Both the position numbers and the translations under genes were made by a program. DNA of 64,000 nt from positions 114,027-178,026 of the IMG/VR virus record IMGVR_UViG_3300010885_055964. The stretch is one strand, 5' to 3'. Shown here piece after piece: positions 18,776 to 28,213 of the stretch. The notes under the pieces were generated by a model that saw nothing but the letters and a program-made list of their open reading frames with translations, was not told the DNA's origin and ran no database searches. Position 1 is the stretch's first letter. Each line of letters begins with the position of its first letter. Source of the stretch: a virus.

Positions 18776-19607
18776 CAGCGGGGCAACTATCGTGTTATGC
18801 CAAAGTAGGGGTCGTGCTAAATGGGAACCCGCTGAAATACGTTCTCTGAAGTTATTAGTACAGGGTGTACGAAGTATATCTATTCCAGGTAGATCTAAGC
18901 AAGCGATACAACGAAAAATCAAAGCTTTAGGATTAAAGAAAGATAGACGGTATGAACTATGGACAGATCAAGAAATCGCCTCGCTAAGATCAGGGGTATG
19001 CATAATAGGCAGATCTAAGGCATCTGCCCTAAACAAAAAACGTAAGTTAGGTCTATATAAAAGAGCACCCAGATTCAGATGGTCTAAGCATAACATTGAA
19101 ATATTGAGACAGGCACATGCTGCTGGCAATAGTGCAAAAGCTATTCACCATAAACAAATACTGCCAATACAATATTCTATTAGTTCGATACAGAAGAAAT
19201 TATGCAGGTTGGGTTTAGCTCGTAATTTACCAAAATATAAGAAATTTAACTCGGTCACTAAGGATATATTCGTTAAATTTATTACAGATAATTGGGTCGG
19301 CCGTTTGCCAGACGAATTGGCTCAAATGTGGAATCGATGCAATGCATCATACCCTGTTACTGCTAGAAGAGTGATTATGTATCTAACTAAATTAGGAGTA
19401 AAGGTAGCATGTTATGAGATGGGACGTATCAGGAAGTTAAGACAATATGAAAATCAGATAAGAACTAGTGGAGAATATAATCCTACAGATGTTAACGATA
19501 AAATAAGATGGAATAGGGCTGAGTTAATGGCTTGCAGATTAGCTAATAACCAAGATATATGGAGTGGTTTACAAATGGCTTCTTCTATTAATATAGAAGA
19601 GGACTAG
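18726..19607 (+). CDS. Myb/SANT-like HTH repeat DNA-binding protein
   Basis: Three W-x3-E/N-I...RS/YS...K-LGL units (KWEPAEI..., LWTDQEI..., RWSKHNI...). The start is uncertain and probably lies downstream of 18726. Confidence 0.6.
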   Translation: MMLKALSFAIRINVPYDSGATIVLCQSRGRAKWEPAEIRSLKLLVQGVRSISIPGRSKQAIQRKIKALGLKKDRRYELWTDQEIASLRSGVCIIGRSKASALNKKRKLGLYKRAPRFRWSKHNIEILRQAHAAGNSAKAIHHKQILPIQYSISSIQKKLCRLGLARNLPKYKKFNSVTKDIFVKFITDNWVGRLPDELAQMWNRCNASYPVTARRVIMYLTKLGVKVACYEMGRIRKLRQYENQIRTSGEYNPTDVNDKIRWNRAELMACRLANNQDIWSGLQMASSINIEED

Positions 19608-19653
19608 TAACTATTGAACTTGGCAAAATCGGGCGATTCCGTATTCGATTGAT

Positions 19654-21252
19654 ATGAGAGCCATAATACGTGACAATAAATGGATTTGGTTTGATAATAT
19701 AACTGATGCCGAAGAGGAGGTATTATGGGCTCAGTTCAGTGTGACTAAGCCTGGACTGTATATTGACCCTTCACAAATGGGTAATTGGGATGGAATATAT
19801 AGGAAATATAATAGAGCAAAAAGGAGGATGGCCAGGCCTCTTTTGAGCATGCTTCGTGGGGTATGTGACAAATTTAATATACCTCTAGTAATAAAAGATG
19901 AAAGACCTAAATGGCCTCACTATAAGTTAGACCCAGAAAAAATCGATGAAGATTTATTGCCCGGCATCAAACTAGACCCACATCAAATAAGGTCAATACA
20001 AGCTGCGTGTAGGATAGAATGTGGTATTATAGATATTCCTACTGGTGGCGGCAAGGGTGAGATCATCGCAGGGATATGTAAAGCTATAACATGTCCTACT
20101 GTGGTAATAGCTGACCAACGTATCGTTGTTGAGCAGTTAAAAAGCAGGTTGGAATTACGAGATGTGATTGACGAGGTGGGATTATTTTATGCAGGAGTAA
20201 AACCAGATGGTGAGCAGATAGTAGTCGGAACGATCCAATCGCTGTCTATGTCTTCTAAGCCCCCAAAAATGCCAGAACGTACTGCAAAGGACCATGATAA
20301 GACGTATGCTAAAAAGTTAGAAAGATGGGAGTCATCATATAAGGGGTATAAGACTAGAAAGCGAAATTGTAAGTTATTGCAGCAATATGTAAAAGATGCA
20401 GAGATGTTATTAGTAGATGAATGTGATAAAGCCACTTCTGATCCATTCAAGAATATGTTTAGATATTTATTTAATGGAAGGCGAAGGTATGGATTTAGTG
20501 GTACACCATTTGATGAATCAAAACCTGTAGAAGGAATGGTGATGCAGGAGCATTTAGGCTCCATCATCGCAAAAGAGTCTAGGCAAGAACTACAAAGAAT
20601 AGGAAGAATAATACCTTTTGACTACCATATGATAGCATTCGGTTTAGAAGGAGAGCTAAACAACCGAGCAGCGTATGATATAGCATATAAACAATGGCTT
20701 GTAGATAACGAGAAATTCCATCAGTTAATATACTCTATATGTAAAAAATATAGTAAAGAAAAAGAAGACGGGACATTAATTTTAGTCGACAGGGAGAGCT
20801 TAGGTTCGCATATTGAAAACATATTAATTGAGAATGGGATCACTGCCCACTTCATATATGGAAAGACTGATAAACGTCGCCGAAATGAAAGGTTGCGGGG
20901 ATTCGAAAATAGGGAATTTAACGTACTTATAGGGGGTAAAATAATCAACCGAGGTTTGGATCTCAAAGGCGGATGTGAGAATCTGATAGTTGCTACTGGC
21001 GGAAAATTAAGATCGGACTTCGTGCAAAAGGTCGGTAGAGCTGTCAGGCACAACAGACGTGGGCGAAGCAGAGTTTTTGACTTTTTCTTCAGGTGCAACA
21101 AATACTTGTATGACCATTCGCGATCAAGGCTCAAGGCCATGATAGCTGAGGGTTATACAACCACCGTTCATTTTCCAGGCGGGGGCATTGATGGTGAGCG
21201 ACTCGTCAAAAGCAGGTTCAGAGTCCCTAGAGGAATTATGTACAGGACCTGA
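19654..21252 (+). CDS. uvsW: superfamily 2 helicase, UvsW-like
   Basis: DIPTGGGKG (motif I), LLVDECD (II), GFSGTP (III), NRGLD (V), QKVGRAVR (VI). Confidence 0.85.
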   Translation: MRAIIRDNKWIWFDNITDAEEEVLWAQFSVTKPGLYIDPSQMGNWDGIYRKYNRAKRRMARPLLSMLRGVCDKFNIPLVIKDERPKWPHYKLDPEKIDEDLLPGIKLDPHQIRSIQAACRIECGIIDIPTGGGKGEIIAGICKAITCPTVVIADQRIVVEQLKSRLELRDVIDEVGLFYAGVKPDGEQIVVGTIQSLSMSSKPPKMPERTAKDHDKTYAKKLERWESSYKGYKTRKRNCKLLQQYVKDAEMLLVDECDKATSDPFKNMFRYLFNGRRRYGFSGTPFDESKPVEGMVMQEHLGSIIAKESRQELQRIGRIIPFDYHMIAFGLEGELNNRAAYDIAYKQWLVDNEKFHQLIYSICKKYSKEKEDGTLILVDRESLGSHIENILIENGITAHFIYGKTDKRRRNERLRGFENREFNVLIGGKIINRGLDLKGGCENLIVATGGKLRSDFVQKVGRAVRHNRRGRSRVFDFFFRCNKYLYDHSRSRLKAMIAEGYTTTVHFPGGGIDGERLVKSRFRVPRGIMYRT

Positions 21253-22216
21253 AGATATAACCACAGAGAGTGATGATACTCCTGTAGATACCCCAAACAT
21301 AGAAGCTGTGATAGGAGAGATTAAACTACCGCAAAGGAAATTATATTTCATAAATGAGATAGTAGAATGGCAATTAACTAAATATATTTGGACTGGCTGT
21401 ACAGATATCGAGTTACGTGATCAAATAATGTCCAATGCTACTGAGTTAATCAGGCAGATAATTAGAAAACAAGGCCTTCATACGATATATCCTGGCCAGG
21501 ATGAGTCCTCTTTTGCCGATCTATTACAGACTGCTTGGGTGCAGATAGAGCGAACACTATACAAGTATCGGGCAAGACCGCATTGCCGTTGTTGTTATAA
21601 CCCAGACAACCCAGCTAAATCTCTACTATATATGCCAACTGATAGGGAATATGGCATTAAAACGCTAGACGAAGTCATCGAGATGCATAATGGCAGGAAG
21701 TGCCCACATTGTCAATCTAAGTTAACCGTGGGTCCTATATTAGAACCAGTACAGGATTTCTATGCTGGGTCTGATACTATTTTATTTCGTGGCATGTCCA
21801 AAGTGTTTAATATGTGGTCACAAATAGCAAGAACAGTAATACTTGCTTATATAAAGAAAGAAGGTCGTGATAGAAAGAATTCGACATCATATGTGACTCA
21901 TTTGGGTAATAAATCTAGACCGATGAGCGATATAATGATCAGATTTATAAGCGAGGCTAAATTAATATGCCAGTATAGCAGTGATCATTTACAGATCATC
22001 GAAGCTATAGAATGGCTAATGTACAATGATGAAAGACCACATGACGGAACTATAGGTAAATTGGTGGAAAAGACAGGATTATCTAGAGCCGTAATAACAC
22101 AATTTATGCGGCTGATCAAGTTAAGAAGCCTCGAGTTTACTGATTCTCCAATAAATAAAAATATATTAGAATTAAAAGATAGGAGAAGGATTAATATGGA
22201 CTTCGATGATGAATGA
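21188..22216 (+). CDS. putative phage sigma70-family (gp55-like) factor with zinc-ribbon insertion
   Basis: Region-2-like ELIRQII...SFADLLQTAWVQIERTLYKY and FNMWSQIARTVILAYIKKE; C-terminal HTH-like IGKLVEKTGLSRAVIT; inserted CRCC...CPHC. Start uncertain. Confidence 0.55.
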   Translation: MMVSDSSKAGSESLEELCTGPEDITTESDDTPVDTPNIEAVIGEIKLPQRKLYFINEIVEWQLTKYIWTGCTDIELRDQIMSNATELIRQIIRKQGLHTIYPGQDESSFADLLQTAWVQIERTLYKYRARPHCRCCYNPDNPAKSLLYMPTDREYGIKTLDEVIEMHNGRKCPHCQSKLTVGPILEPVQDFYAGSDTILFRGMSKVFNMWSQIARTVILAYIKKEGRDRKNSTSYVTHLGNKSRPMSDIMIRFISEAKLICQYSSDHLQIIEAIEWLMYNDERPHDGTIGKLVEKTGLSRAVITQFMRLIKLRSLEFTDSPINKNILELKDRRRINMDFDDE

Positions 22217-22234
22217 TCCTGCAAATATATTTAT

Positions 22235-23026
22235 ATGGCTACAGATTTAGTTACGAGTTGTTGTGGCCTCCCTATCGCTGATTGTCAGGGGTGCCCAGAT
22301 AGAATGTCATTAATTACCAAGGAAGAGTATATGAGCAATATCAATGTTATAGCCAAGAAAATAGGCGTAAAATGGGAGGATGTAGAATTTACTAAAGAAC
22401 ATTTAGAATTAGGAATAATTGCGGAGATGAAGCAGTCAGAAGCTCTAGCGATTAAAACCAAAGAACAAGCAGCTGAGGCTGCTTTAGCTCATCTAAAAGC
22501 GGACCCAAAATATTATAATAAAAGCGATCAGATAGCAGAATCGACTATATTATCGTCAGTATTGTTGAAGATAGAGAATAAGACAGTCAGTATTGATGAT
22601 TTTAATCAACTAATTAAAGAAGCAACTCCTGCTTCGGTCGTCGATCGTGTACGACGTAAGATGAATCCTAATAATAAGAGAAAAAGACGTAAGCATGATG
22701 CTTCAGGGCACGCACCTGGGCTGCCTAAGTTAGCAGCCAGGATTAATCCTGCGAGAAAGCGACCTAATAGAACACAAATGCAGCATGGTGGCAAACAAGG
22801 ACATAGAAGAAGCACCAGAACGCAGAGAAGAAATAGTCAGAAATCTAAAATAGCAGAAGCGATCCTATTTTTTAGGACGCATATGGGCAAGGTAATCGAT
22901 GATCAGCAATTAGTGAAGCTAGAAAATCGACAAATGCTTAAAAAAGTAGCCACAAAACTAATGTCTAAGCCTAATGCTAATCGTGATTGGTTATGCGATT
23001 TTATGAACAAGGTGGACAATGGTTAA
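22235..23026 (+). CDS. protein with DUF5661-like domain and Arg/Lys-rich region
   Basis: KKIGVKWEDVEFTKEHLELG...AALAHLKADPKYY resembles DUF5661 as I recall it; basic tract RVRRKMNPNNKRKRRK...RRSTRTQRR. Alternative start at 22331. Confidence 0.55.
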   Translation: MATDLVTSCCGLPIADCQGCPDRMSLITKEEYMSNINVIAKKIGVKWEDVEFTKEHLELGIIAEMKQSEALAIKTKEQAAEAALAHLKADPKYYNKSDQIAESTILSSVLLKIENKTVSIDDFNQLIKEATPASVVDRVRRKMNPNNKRKRRKHDASGHAPGLPKLAARINPARKRPNRTQMQHGGKQGHRRSTRTQRRNSQKSKIAEAILFFRTHMGKVIDDQQLVKLENRQMLKKVATKLMSKPNANRDWLCDFMNKVDNG

Positions 23027-23567
23027 TATGGATGATGATCTACAAGATCTATTCGACCAGCTAGACAATAATGATGTGCAGGCACCAGCCGATAAATCCT
23101 CGTCTGTAAAAGAGACCGGCAACGTGGGCAACGGTGCACCTACTGCATTAAAACCTATAGAAGATATCCCATCTACGTTGAATAGTCCTATAATAAGTGA
23201 GCAACCACCTACGGTGGATATAGCTAAATATTTGGATAAAATGGAGGTCGTATCTGATGAGGTATTGCAAGCATGTAGATCTGATAGAGCAGAGGCCCAA
23301 GAAGTTATAAATATGCTTCGTGGACAATGTGATGAAGCTCACAGTAAAAATCATCCGCCAGCAAGAATGTATGTGGATGGGCTAGTTAAAGCTGTAGAGG
23401 TCAAAGCTAATATTAATACTAATGCGGTAAAGGTCATGGAAGGCGTGGCTAAGATGATAGCTGCCACCAGGTCTAGCTTGAACATAAATAATAATACACT
23501 CAATGTATCTACCACAGAGTTGGATGAAATATTAAACGGGCCAGTAAGTACAGAAGAACTAGACTGA
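23019..23567 (+). CDS. putative terminase small subunit
   Basis: 182 aa, immediately upstream of and coupled to TerL; helical core and C-terminal NNNTLNVSTTELDEIL reminiscent of T4 gp16. Confidence 0.55.
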   Translation: MVNMDDDLQDLFDQLDNNDVQAPADKSSSVKETGNVGNGAPTALKPIEDIPSTLNSPIISEQPPTVDIAKYLDKMEVVSDEVLQACRSDRAEAQEVINMLRGQCDEAHSKNHPPARMYVDGLVKAVEVKANINTNAVKVMEGVAKMIAATRSSLNINNNTLNVSTTELDEILNGPVSTEELD

Positions 23568-26500
23568 TGGTCAGATTAAATACTCAACAACGTGAGATCA
23601 TAAGAAGATCACAGCAATCTGTGAGTTGGTGGTTGAGTAACTTCGGGAGGATTAAGCATTCTTCTGCTGGAATTCTCCCTTTTAGGCCTTTTAAATATCA
23701 GAAACATGCTATTCAGTGCTTTCGTAAGAATAGGTTAAATATATTTAGAAAATGTAGACAGTCTGGAATATCTAAAATATCTGGTGGATTCGCTACGTGG
23801 TTTGCAATGCTTCATTCACATAAGACAGTATTAATAGTGTCTCGTAAAAATGACGACGCTATGGGTTTTTTACGTGATCATATAGTGTTTTTATTTGAGC
23901 ATCTGCCTCCATGGATGCAAGATGTATGGGCACCCAAAAAACAGAATGAGCATGAAATAATATTTCCCAATGGATCTAGAATACAGTCATTAACATCTCA
24001 TCCAGAAGTGTTACGAAGTAATTCTGCTTCGCTGAACATCATAGACGAGGCAGCATTTATACAGGGCATGGACACGATGTGGGCAGCAGGATGGCCATGT
24101 AGTAGGGGTGACACATTAATCCAGACTAAAGATGGACTGATAAAAATAGAGGACATAGCTGCTGGTGGTGATCCATGGAAAGATATTGATCTAATGGTGG
24201 CGACAGATGATGGATTTAAGCACAGCAACAAAGGATATGTTTCAGGTAAGAAGCCTACTACTATAATAAATACATATCTGGGTTTCGAATTTGAAGGTGC
24301 TGATCACCATCAAGTAAGAATAATAAATGATAACGGTGATTATGTCTGGTCTAGACTGGATAGCATAAAACCTGGTGATACTATAGTATCAGTGCCGGGA
24401 CAATATGTGGGAGCCAGAAGAAAATTATCTAATGATATAAAACTAGATGAACAGCTAGCAGAAATAATCGGATTATATATTGCAGAATCAGGCGGCACCA
24501 CCGAAAATTTGAGACTCAATTCGGCAGAGTTCTCGCAGTTTATGGTAGCCAATGGGCTAAATAGTAAGACATGCCCTCAAGATGCCCAGATACCTAGTTT
24601 AATACTCAAATCAGATGAACCAGTATTATGTGCTTTTTTGAAAGGACTATTCGATTCAGATGGATGGTGTTATCAGAGCGCTACGAACCTCAAGTTAGGA
24701 TTTAGTACTACATCTTTAAAATTAGCAGAACAAGTTCAAATATGCCTTCACGCCCTAGGTATAATCTCACGCAGGAATTATGTAGACAATATTGAATCTA
24801 AGAATGAAGACAGATATTCAAAAGACCCATACTGGCGAGTAGAAATATGGGATGCACATAGTAAGTTAGTTTATAGACAGAAAATAGGTTTTATCACTCA
24901 AAGAAAACAGAAATGTCTTGATTCGTTTAAAGGGAGTAATGAATACTCTGATATAGCCAATGTGAATTTGGTCAGAGAGTTCGCATTAGCAGCTAAGAAA
25001 GCATTATTGAATGATGGCTCATTTAGGAATTGTAAGGATAGCAGAAAGTGGAACATTTATAAGATAGCCAGAGAAGGCAGAGTAAGATTGTCCGTGGTAA
25101 GGGAATTGAGTGAAGAGTTCGATCTGCAATGTAGATTATCTGAGTATGTTAGAAAAGGATATTATTTTGATATAGTGACTGAGATAAGAAATGGAGAAGA
25201 AGATCTTTATGATATATCAGTACCAGGTAACAATACATATTTAGCAAATGGGATAGTTAGTCATAACACGTTGCAGCATGGTGGTAACGCGATAATAATT
25301 AGCACCACTAATGGTATAGGTAATTGGTACTGGTCTACTTGGACTGATGCAGTAGCTGGTGTGAATGGCTTCAATCCTATCAATGTGGATTGGTGGGATA
25401 TGGATTGGGCTATAGAATACAAAGATGCAATATCTGCAGAGTGGAAAAGAATAGCTCCTTGTGATGATATTCGTAAATGTACTGATAGTAAAGAAATAAG
25501 TAAATATGGACCTTATTGGTCTCCTTGGTTAGAAGTACAGTACAATGCATTACAACAGCAAGGAGACGGTTGGAAATTCGAACAAGAGGTGCTAGCTTCA
25601 TTCATAGGATCAGGCAATACGGTTTTATCTAAGGATGCATTATCACATGTACAGACCACGATTAAAGAGCCCATCCAACGTGTCGCCGGTTACCAAACAT
25701 ATGTGCATCCAGTAAGTGGTGAGGTAGAGGATATCAACTTTGATTTTGATGACGCGGAACAAGGCCTATGGATTTGGAAAAAACCAGTAGCAGCTCAGCC
25801 TATTAAGAGGAAAGGCAATGAAGTCATACATCCTGGTTCATCTGCCCATTCCTATGTGATGGGAGTAGACATAGCGACAGGCAAAGGCCGAGATTTCAGC
25901 ACTATAGAAATATTCGACATAGATGAAATGGAGCAGGTCGCTGAGTTTATGGCCAGATGCCTGCCAAGGGAACTGGTGAAATATATCGACAGAATAGGCA
26001 GATTATACAATTGTGCTTTGGCGGTCGTAGAGCGTAATAATGGTGGTGACACACTAATAGACAGCTTGAGATATGATGTAATGTATCCTAGGATATGGAG
26101 GAAGAAGGATATAAATGACAAGCCAAGAATAAGTGATGGTGGTCAGAGATCTTTGAAGGTATCACAGTATGGCTTTTCTACTAGCTTAGCTAGTAAGCCG
26201 ACCTTGAATAAATATCTTATAGATTATATATCGGCTACTGAAGGAGAAGGATACAAGATCTATAGTGCAAGATTACTGAAGCAACTACAGATATATGTTA
26301 GAAAGAGGGATAGAACTGGGAGAGATACGAATAAAACAGAGGCCGAAGATGGTGCCGGTAACTTTGACGATTTGGTCATAGCTACCGCTTTGTCGCTGGT
26401 GGGTGCCTCAGACGCATTTGTGGTGGATAGTTCTAATTTATTACCTACTGGTAGTGCGAATGATTTCAGTCCTGGTATAAATGATCGGATAGCCCAGGGT

Positions 26501-26689
26501 AAAGAGAAGCATTTCATAGAGCAGGGTGGTCAGACTCTATTAATGCCAGTGATACTACCACCAGATGAAATACCAGATGTAAGCAGACAAAGATACTTAG
26601 ATGAATACACTATCCAGCTAGGCGGTATACCGGTAAATACAGGTGGGCCAATTGTTATCCCTAACAAAGAATATTTTAAAGGTAAATGA
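23567..26689 (+). CDS. terL: terminase large subunit (T4 gp17-like) containing an intein
   Basis: KCRQSGISK Walker A region, IIDEAAFI Walker B, ISTTNG, nuclease YVMGVDIATGKGRDFS, VVERNNGG, DDLVIA. Confidence 0.92.
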   Translation: MVRLNTQQREIIRRSQQSVSWWLSNFGRIKHSSAGILPFRPFKYQKHAIQCFRKNRLNIFRKCRQSGISKISGGFATWFAMLHSHKTVLIVSRKNDDAMGFLRDHIVFLFEHLPPWMQDVWAPKKQNEHEIIFPNGSRIQSLTSHPEVLRSNSASLNIIDEAAFIQGMDTMWAAGWPCSRGDTLIQTKDGLIKIEDIAAGGDPWKDIDLMVATDDGFKHSNKGYVSGKKPTTIINTYLGFEFEGADHHQVRIINDNGDYVWSRLDSIKPGDTIVSVPGQYVGARRKLSNDIKLDEQLAEIIGLYIAESGGTTENLRLNSAEFSQFMVANGLNSKTCPQDAQIPSLILKSDEPVLCAFLKGLFDSDGWCYQSATNLKLGFSTTSLKLAEQVQICLHALGIISRRNYVDNIESKNEDRYSKDPYWRVEIWDAHSKLVYRQKIGFITQRKQKCLDSFKGSNEYSDIANVNLVREFALAAKKALLNDGSFRNCKDSRKWNIYKIAREGRVRLSVVRELSEEFDLQCRLSEYVRKGYYFDIVTEIRNGEEDLYDISVPGNNTYLANGIVSHNTLQHGGNAIIISTTNGIGNWYWSTWTDAVAGVNGFNPINVDWWDMDWAIEYKDAISAEWKRIAPCDDIRKCTDSKEISKYGPYWSPWLEVQYNALQQQGDGWKFEQEVLASFIGSGNTVLSKDALSHVQTTIKEPIQRVAGYQTYVHPVSGEVEDINFDFDDAEQGLWIWKKPVAAQPIKRKGNEVIHPGSSAHSYVMGVDIATGKGRDFSTIEIFDIDEMEQVAEFMARCLPRELVKYIDRIGRLYNCALAVVERNNGGDTLIDSLRYDVMYPRIWRKKDINDKPRISDGGQRSLKVSQYGFSTSLASKPTLNKYLIDYISATEGEGYKIYSARLLKQLQIYVRKRDRTGRDTNKTEAEDGAGNFDDLVIATALSLVGASDAFVVDSSNLLPTGSANDFSPGINDRIAQGKEKHFIEQGGQTLLMPVILPPDEIPDVSRQRYLDEYTIQLGGIPVNTGGPIVIPNKEYFKGK
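24098..25267 (+). mobile_element. intein (390 aa) in TerL with partly deleted LAGLIDADG domain
   Basis: AAGWP|CSRGDTLIQT ... LYDISVPGNNTYLANGIVSHN|TLQHGG. Motifs LAEIIGLYIAES and FLKGLFDSDG. Confidence 0.92.
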
Positions 26690-26946
26690 ACATGGATGAT
26701 GTAGGCGGTATTAAATCTACTGAGCTATGGTTGACAACTATTTCTGGAGTCGTGCAGGTGATATTGGTATCAGCAGCACCATCATATACCTCAATATCTA
26801 TATCTGTCTGCTTGACTGTGACCGCATCTGTATACTTAATATGTAGAACATGTTTTAAGATAGCAAAATTAAAATATGCTCCTGATTCAGCAGTTGAATT
26901 TTCGGCTAGCAAACTAGACAAACCCAAACAAACGATAATCGACTAA
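26686..26946 (+). CDS. small membrane protein, holin-like
   Basis: 86 aa with two hydrophobic segments after KSTELWLT and a charged C-terminus; ATGA-coupled to TerL. Confidence 0.45.
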   Translation: MNMDDVGGIKSTELWLTTISGVVQVILVSAAPSYTSISISVCLTVTASVYLICRTCFKIAKLKYAPDSAVEFSASKLDKPKQTIID

Positions 26947-26955
26947 AGGTGTGAC

Positions 26956-27693
26956 ATGAGTAGAGTATATGGCTGGAGGCCTGATAAACCTGATACTAGG
27001 GATCATAAATACGAGATAGAAGCGTTTGGCCTATTGCCCAAAAAGGTAGATTTAAGAAAGAACTGCTCACCTGTCCAAGATCAAGGTGAACTTGGTAGTT
27101 GTACTGGCAATGCGATAGCCTCAGCTCTCGAATTTTTGGATAAAAAGGCCGGAAGGAAATATTACGATTATAGTCGTCTGTTCATATATTACAATGAGAG
27201 GGTATTAGAGAATACAGTGAATAGCGATGCCGGAGCTGAAATACGTGACGGCATCAAGACTGTTAATAAAACTGGCTGCTGTTATGAATCTCTATGGCCA
27301 TATATTATAGAAAATTATACTAAAAAACCTCCGGTCACAGCGTACACGCAAGCTAAAACACACTTATATACGAAATATCAAAGGTTATGTACAGTCGACC
27401 AATATAAGAGTTGCCTCGCGTCAGGATATCCATTCGTGTTTGGATTCACCGTCTATGAAAGTTTCGAATCTGATATGGTGGCCAAGACTGGTGTAGTATC
27501 GATGCCTGCGCCGAACGAGAACATACTAGGTGGTCATGCAGTATTGGCCGTTGGATATGACGATAATACTCAAAGATTCACGGTACAGAATTCATGGGGC
27601 ACTACTTGGGGCCAGAACGGATTTTTCACTATACCATATGATTATTTGGGCAATACCGACCTAGCTGATGACTTTTGGGTGATTAAAGCATAG
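26956..27693 (+). CDS. papain-family (C1A) cysteine peptidase
   Basis: DQGELGSCTGNA (Gln and catalytic Cys), GGHAVLAVGY (His), VQNSWGTTWGQNGF (Asn). Confidence 0.92.
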   Translation: MSRVYGWRPDKPDTRDHKYEIEAFGLLPKKVDLRKNCSPVQDQGELGSCTGNAIASALEFLDKKAGRKYYDYSRLFIYYNERVLENTVNSDAGAEIRDGIKTVNKTGCCYESLWPYIIENYTKKPPVTAYTQAKTHLYTKYQRLCTVDQYKSCLASGYPFVFGFTVYESFESDMVAKTGVVSMPAPNENILGGHAVLAVGYDDNTQRFTVQNSWGTTWGQNGFFTIPYDYLGNTDLADDFWVIKA

Positions 27694-27711
27694 ATATAAG
27701 GAGGACGCGCG

Positions 27712-28017
27712 ATGAGCCTGCATGACGACATGGCAGAGGTAAACGCCATGCTCGACGACCTTGAACGTAGTCGGTTCAAGCCGTTGGAGAGAGAACGCTT
27801 TAAATGGACGATCGATCATGCGTGGACGCTCTACGCGGCGTGCTGGTGGTTCAACAGCATTATGACCCATGTTGCCGGATTTGCGTCACTCTCCCACCCG
27901 TGCAATGTGGACGGACCGGCGGCGTGGTGGATGTACGCTTCGGGTTGGATCACGGGCGGCCTGATGTTTGCGCCGCTGCTGGTTCTGATGGCTGGGCTAA
28001 GGCTCCCTGGAGATTGA
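27712..28017 (+). CDS. hypothetical membrane protein on a GC-rich patch
   Basis: 101 aa, AAGGAGG RBS, two hydrophobic Trp-rich segments, visibly higher GC than its flanks. Confidence 0.6.
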   Translation: MSLHDDMAEVNAMLDDLERSRFKPLERERFKWTIDHAWTLYAACWWFNSIMTHVAGFASLSHPCNVDGPAAWWMYASGWITGGLMFAPLLVLMAGLRLPGD

Positions 28018-28213
28018 AATGGCGAATTGGGCGACCATTACGTTTTCTACATGAGCGAGCCTATGGACAGCGTTGACGCCGTGCTGGCCGCCACGATCCG
28101 CGGCCTGCTCGCGCGGGCAGCTAATAATACGATCTGCAAATTTAATATATGCTGAGCTGTTATAATTCTGTTTTAGTACATCCTCTGTAAATATACATAA
28201 ATAAAGGACTTAT

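Noticed and set aside
15332-26689. Self-splicing introns in RNR or TerL
   Set aside because: The insertions are in frame with intein splice-junction residues and no reading-frame breaks occur.
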